Source: Spirochaetia bacterium
GTDB taxonomy: Bacteria > Spirochaetota > Spirochaetia > CADAEX01
Reading direction: 5' to 3'
NCBI GenBank assembly: GCA_963662795.1
Contig: OY759746.1
Coordinates: 2,464,001-2,528,000 of the forward strand
Length of the DNA: 64,000 nucleotides
Made by a program: the position numbers and the translations under genes. Positions 62,078 to 64,000 of this stretch are shown piece by piece (the stretch's first letter is position 1; every line of letters begins with the position of its first letter). The notes under the pieces are model-generated. The model saw only the letters and a program-made list of their open reading frames with translations. It was not told where the DNA came from and ran no database searches.

Positions 62078-64000
62078 GTGTATACAGGCAAAAAAGGGAC
62101 AGCGGCGGCATTATTGATTGCTTCTTTGGCTCTATATCTTTCAATAGCTGTTTTTGCGGCTAAAACAGGTGTTCAAACAAACCCTTTGCTGTTTCCCGGT
62201 CAGTTTCTTTACAGCTACTATCTGGATTCCGCGTTTTATGTTCCGCTTTATCTTCTGGCATGCTCGTTTTTTCTTGTAAGGAAAAAATTCCACAGGGACA
62301 ATGTCATTCTACTGATTCTGACAATATTACCGTTTTTAACAACCGGACTTGCTTTGAGGCTTCACTTTCTTCCCCTGGAAGCAGGCTGGTTTGAAAAAGC
62401 CCTGCTGAAATCTTTCGGACAATTTGCGCCTGTTGTTGTTTTTCTGATAGCTCTGATTGAGGTAATGCTGATTATAAAAGCAGGCTTTTATCTGTCAGGC
62501 AGAAGAGGGGCAGATGCCCGATCGGAGGAGGAGAAATCTTTAACAGATGAAATACCTTCAGATGAATCCGTAAATAAATCAGGTGTTGAGGAGACCACAG
62601 ATTCAGGGACGGAAGATGTATCAGGGAAGAGAGGATTTGCCTCCTTAAGTCTTTCAGGTATAAGTTCCATTAGAGAGGAGATACCCCCGGTGGATGAGCT
62701 GCTTGATGAACCGGCCTATTTCCGGGTGAACAGGGAAACGGAAGGGACAGCATCTGACGGTACAGAACAGGAGGATGTTTTTACGGAAGCAGAAACCGGA
62801 GAAGAAAATTCAAATGAAAATGAATACTTTGAAATTTCCCCTGTAGATGAACCGTATAACGGAGAAACAGAAATGTATCCTGAAGATATACCTTCCGAAA
62901 CAATATATGCTTCCGCAAATCCTTTACAGGATGAAATAACAGAAGAAATGGTAAATGAAGAAATTATTGAGGCTGAAACAGATGCTTCGATAGAAGAGAA
63001 CCCGTCTATTGTAAAGGAGTATTTCGCGGCCCAGAAAAAAATCATTATAAAGAAAAAGGAATACAAAATACCGTTTGATATTCTCGATGAGTACCGTGAA
63101 GTCGGATATACAAGCATTGATGCCCGTACCAGGGATGAGGCTGAAATACTGAGGCAGACTCTGGCCGAGTTCAGAATTGAGGCAGAGGTTACAGGAATAA
63201 GAAAAGGGCCTGTAATTACAATGTTCGAAATATTACCTGCGCCGGGAGTAAAACTTTCCAGGATTACAAATCTTGCCGATAACATCGCACTTCGTCTTGC
63301 CGCATCAAGGGTCAGGATTGTAGCGCCCATCCCGGGAAAACACGCGGTCGGTATTGAGGTTCCCAACAGGAACAGGGCAATTGTATCTTTCAGGGAGCTT
63401 ATTGCTGTTGATTATCCCCAGTACACAAAATATCATCTGCCGATAATCCTCGGAAAGGATATAACCGGAGAGGAGCAGATTATTGATCTTACCCAGACCC
63501 CGCATCTTCTGATCGCGGGAGCAACAGGTTCCGGAAAATCAGTATGCGTCAATTCCATAATTGCGTCTCTCCTTTACACTAAGAAACCGCAGGATGTGAA
63601 GCTGATCCTGATAGATCCCAAGATAGTAGAATTAAAACTTTATAACGACATACCCCATCTGCTTACACCTGTTATAACTGATCCTAAAAAGGCCTTTCAG
63701 GCACTTCAGTACTGCATATTTGAAATGGAAAAACGGTATGCGCTGCTTGATGCTCTGGGAGTGAGGGATATACATTCCTTTAACAGAAAAATTAAAAGCA
63801 AAAATATCGCCACTCTTCCGCTTCCCTACATTGTCGTAGTTGTTGATGAGTTCGCAGACCTTATGGCCACCACAGGGAAAGAGCTTGAATCCACACTTGC
63901 CCGTCTTGCTGCCATGTCAAGGGCGGTCGGTATTCATCTTGTCCTTGCAACCCAGAGGCCTTCGATTGATGTTATTACAGGTTTGATAAAAGCCAATATA
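62078..64000 (+). CDS. ftsK: DNA translocase FtsK, 3'-truncated by the window edge
   Basis: GTG 62078 with GGAG RBS is in frame with GPVITMFE, RIVAPIPGK, PHLLIAGATGSGKS, IDPKIVEL, VDEFADL, ATQRPS; missing from the ORF track because it has no stop. Confidence 0.96.
   Translation, partial: MYTGKKGTAAALLIASLALYLSIAVFAAKTGVQTNPLLFPGQFLYSYYLDSAFYVPLYLLACSFFLVRKKFHRDNVILLILTILPFLTTGLALRLHFLPLEAGWFEKALLKSFGQFAPVVVFLIALIEVMLIIKAGFYLSGRRGADARSEEEKSLTDEIPSDESVNKSGVEETTDSGTEDVSGKRGFASLSLSGISSIREEIPPVDELLDEPAYFRVNRETEGTASDGTEQEDVFTEAETGEENSNENEYFEISPVDEPYNGETEMYPEDIPSETIYASANPLQDEITEEMVNEEIIEAETDASIEENPSIVKEYFAAQKKIIIKKKEYKIPFDILDEYREVGYTSIDARTRDEAEILRQTLAEFRIEAEVTGIRKGPVITMFEILPAPGVKLSRITNLADNIALRLAASRVRIVAPIPGKHAVGIEVPNRNRAIVSFRELIAVDYPQYTKYHLPIILGKDITGEEQIIDLTQTPHLLIAGATGSGKSVCVNSIIASLLYTKKPQDVKLILIDPKIVELKLYNDIPHLLTPVITDPKKAFQALQYCIFEMEKRYALLDALGVRDIHSFNRKIKSKNIATLPLPYIVVVVDEFADLMATTGKELESTLARLAAMSRAVGIHLVLATQRPSIDVITGLIKANI

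Noticed and set aside
36900-63505. Numerous 60-216 aa ORFs antisense to or overlapping glnA, gltBD, mnmE/G and ftsK
   Set aside because: Shadow ORFs of well-supported genes, with no independent signals

Overview
Bacterial chromosome segment, most likely from a free-living spirochaete (inferred from the spirochaete-type LysM, TPR/Mrr-like and FtsK genes and a Leptospira/Treponema-like attC repeat). It has two parts. (1) Positions 1 to about 36,660 are a visibly AT-rich, decaying genomic island. It ends at a tRNA-Arg(CCT) gene (36676-36749, minus strand), with a tyrosine-integrase pseudogene next to the tRNA 3' end, and its other end lies outside the window. The island holds about ten IS elements or remnants (IS4 x2, IS481 x2, IS3 x3 plus an end fragment, IS5, IS256). 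It also holds a run of small co-oriented cassette-like genes with attC-like relics, larE/larB, a B12-riboswitch-controlled metE and a TPP-riboswitch-controlled ykoF/ykoE/fused ykoD-C ECF system. Two further island loci are an RNHCP gene behind a leader peptide (MSIFVI...) and a LysR + PEP-mutase-family enzyme + two aminotransferases + DAACS symporter operon that looks like a phosphonate (phosphonopyruvate/phosphonoalanine) pathway. (2) Positions 36,880-64,000 are higher-GC core genome: GSIII with a sigma54 promoter, a GAF-bEBP activator, a two-component pair, NrpR, gltBD, pepT, two envelope proteins, mnmE-mnmG-rsmG, a TPR protein, a LysM protein and ftsK (runs off the end). The best candidates for new biology are the mutase/aminotransferase/symporter operon with altered specificity residues, the RNHCP attenuator, and two candidate regulator-binding motifs (TACA-N4-TGTA and GGCA-N6-TGCC). 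All family assignments come from motif recognition by eye; no searches were run.
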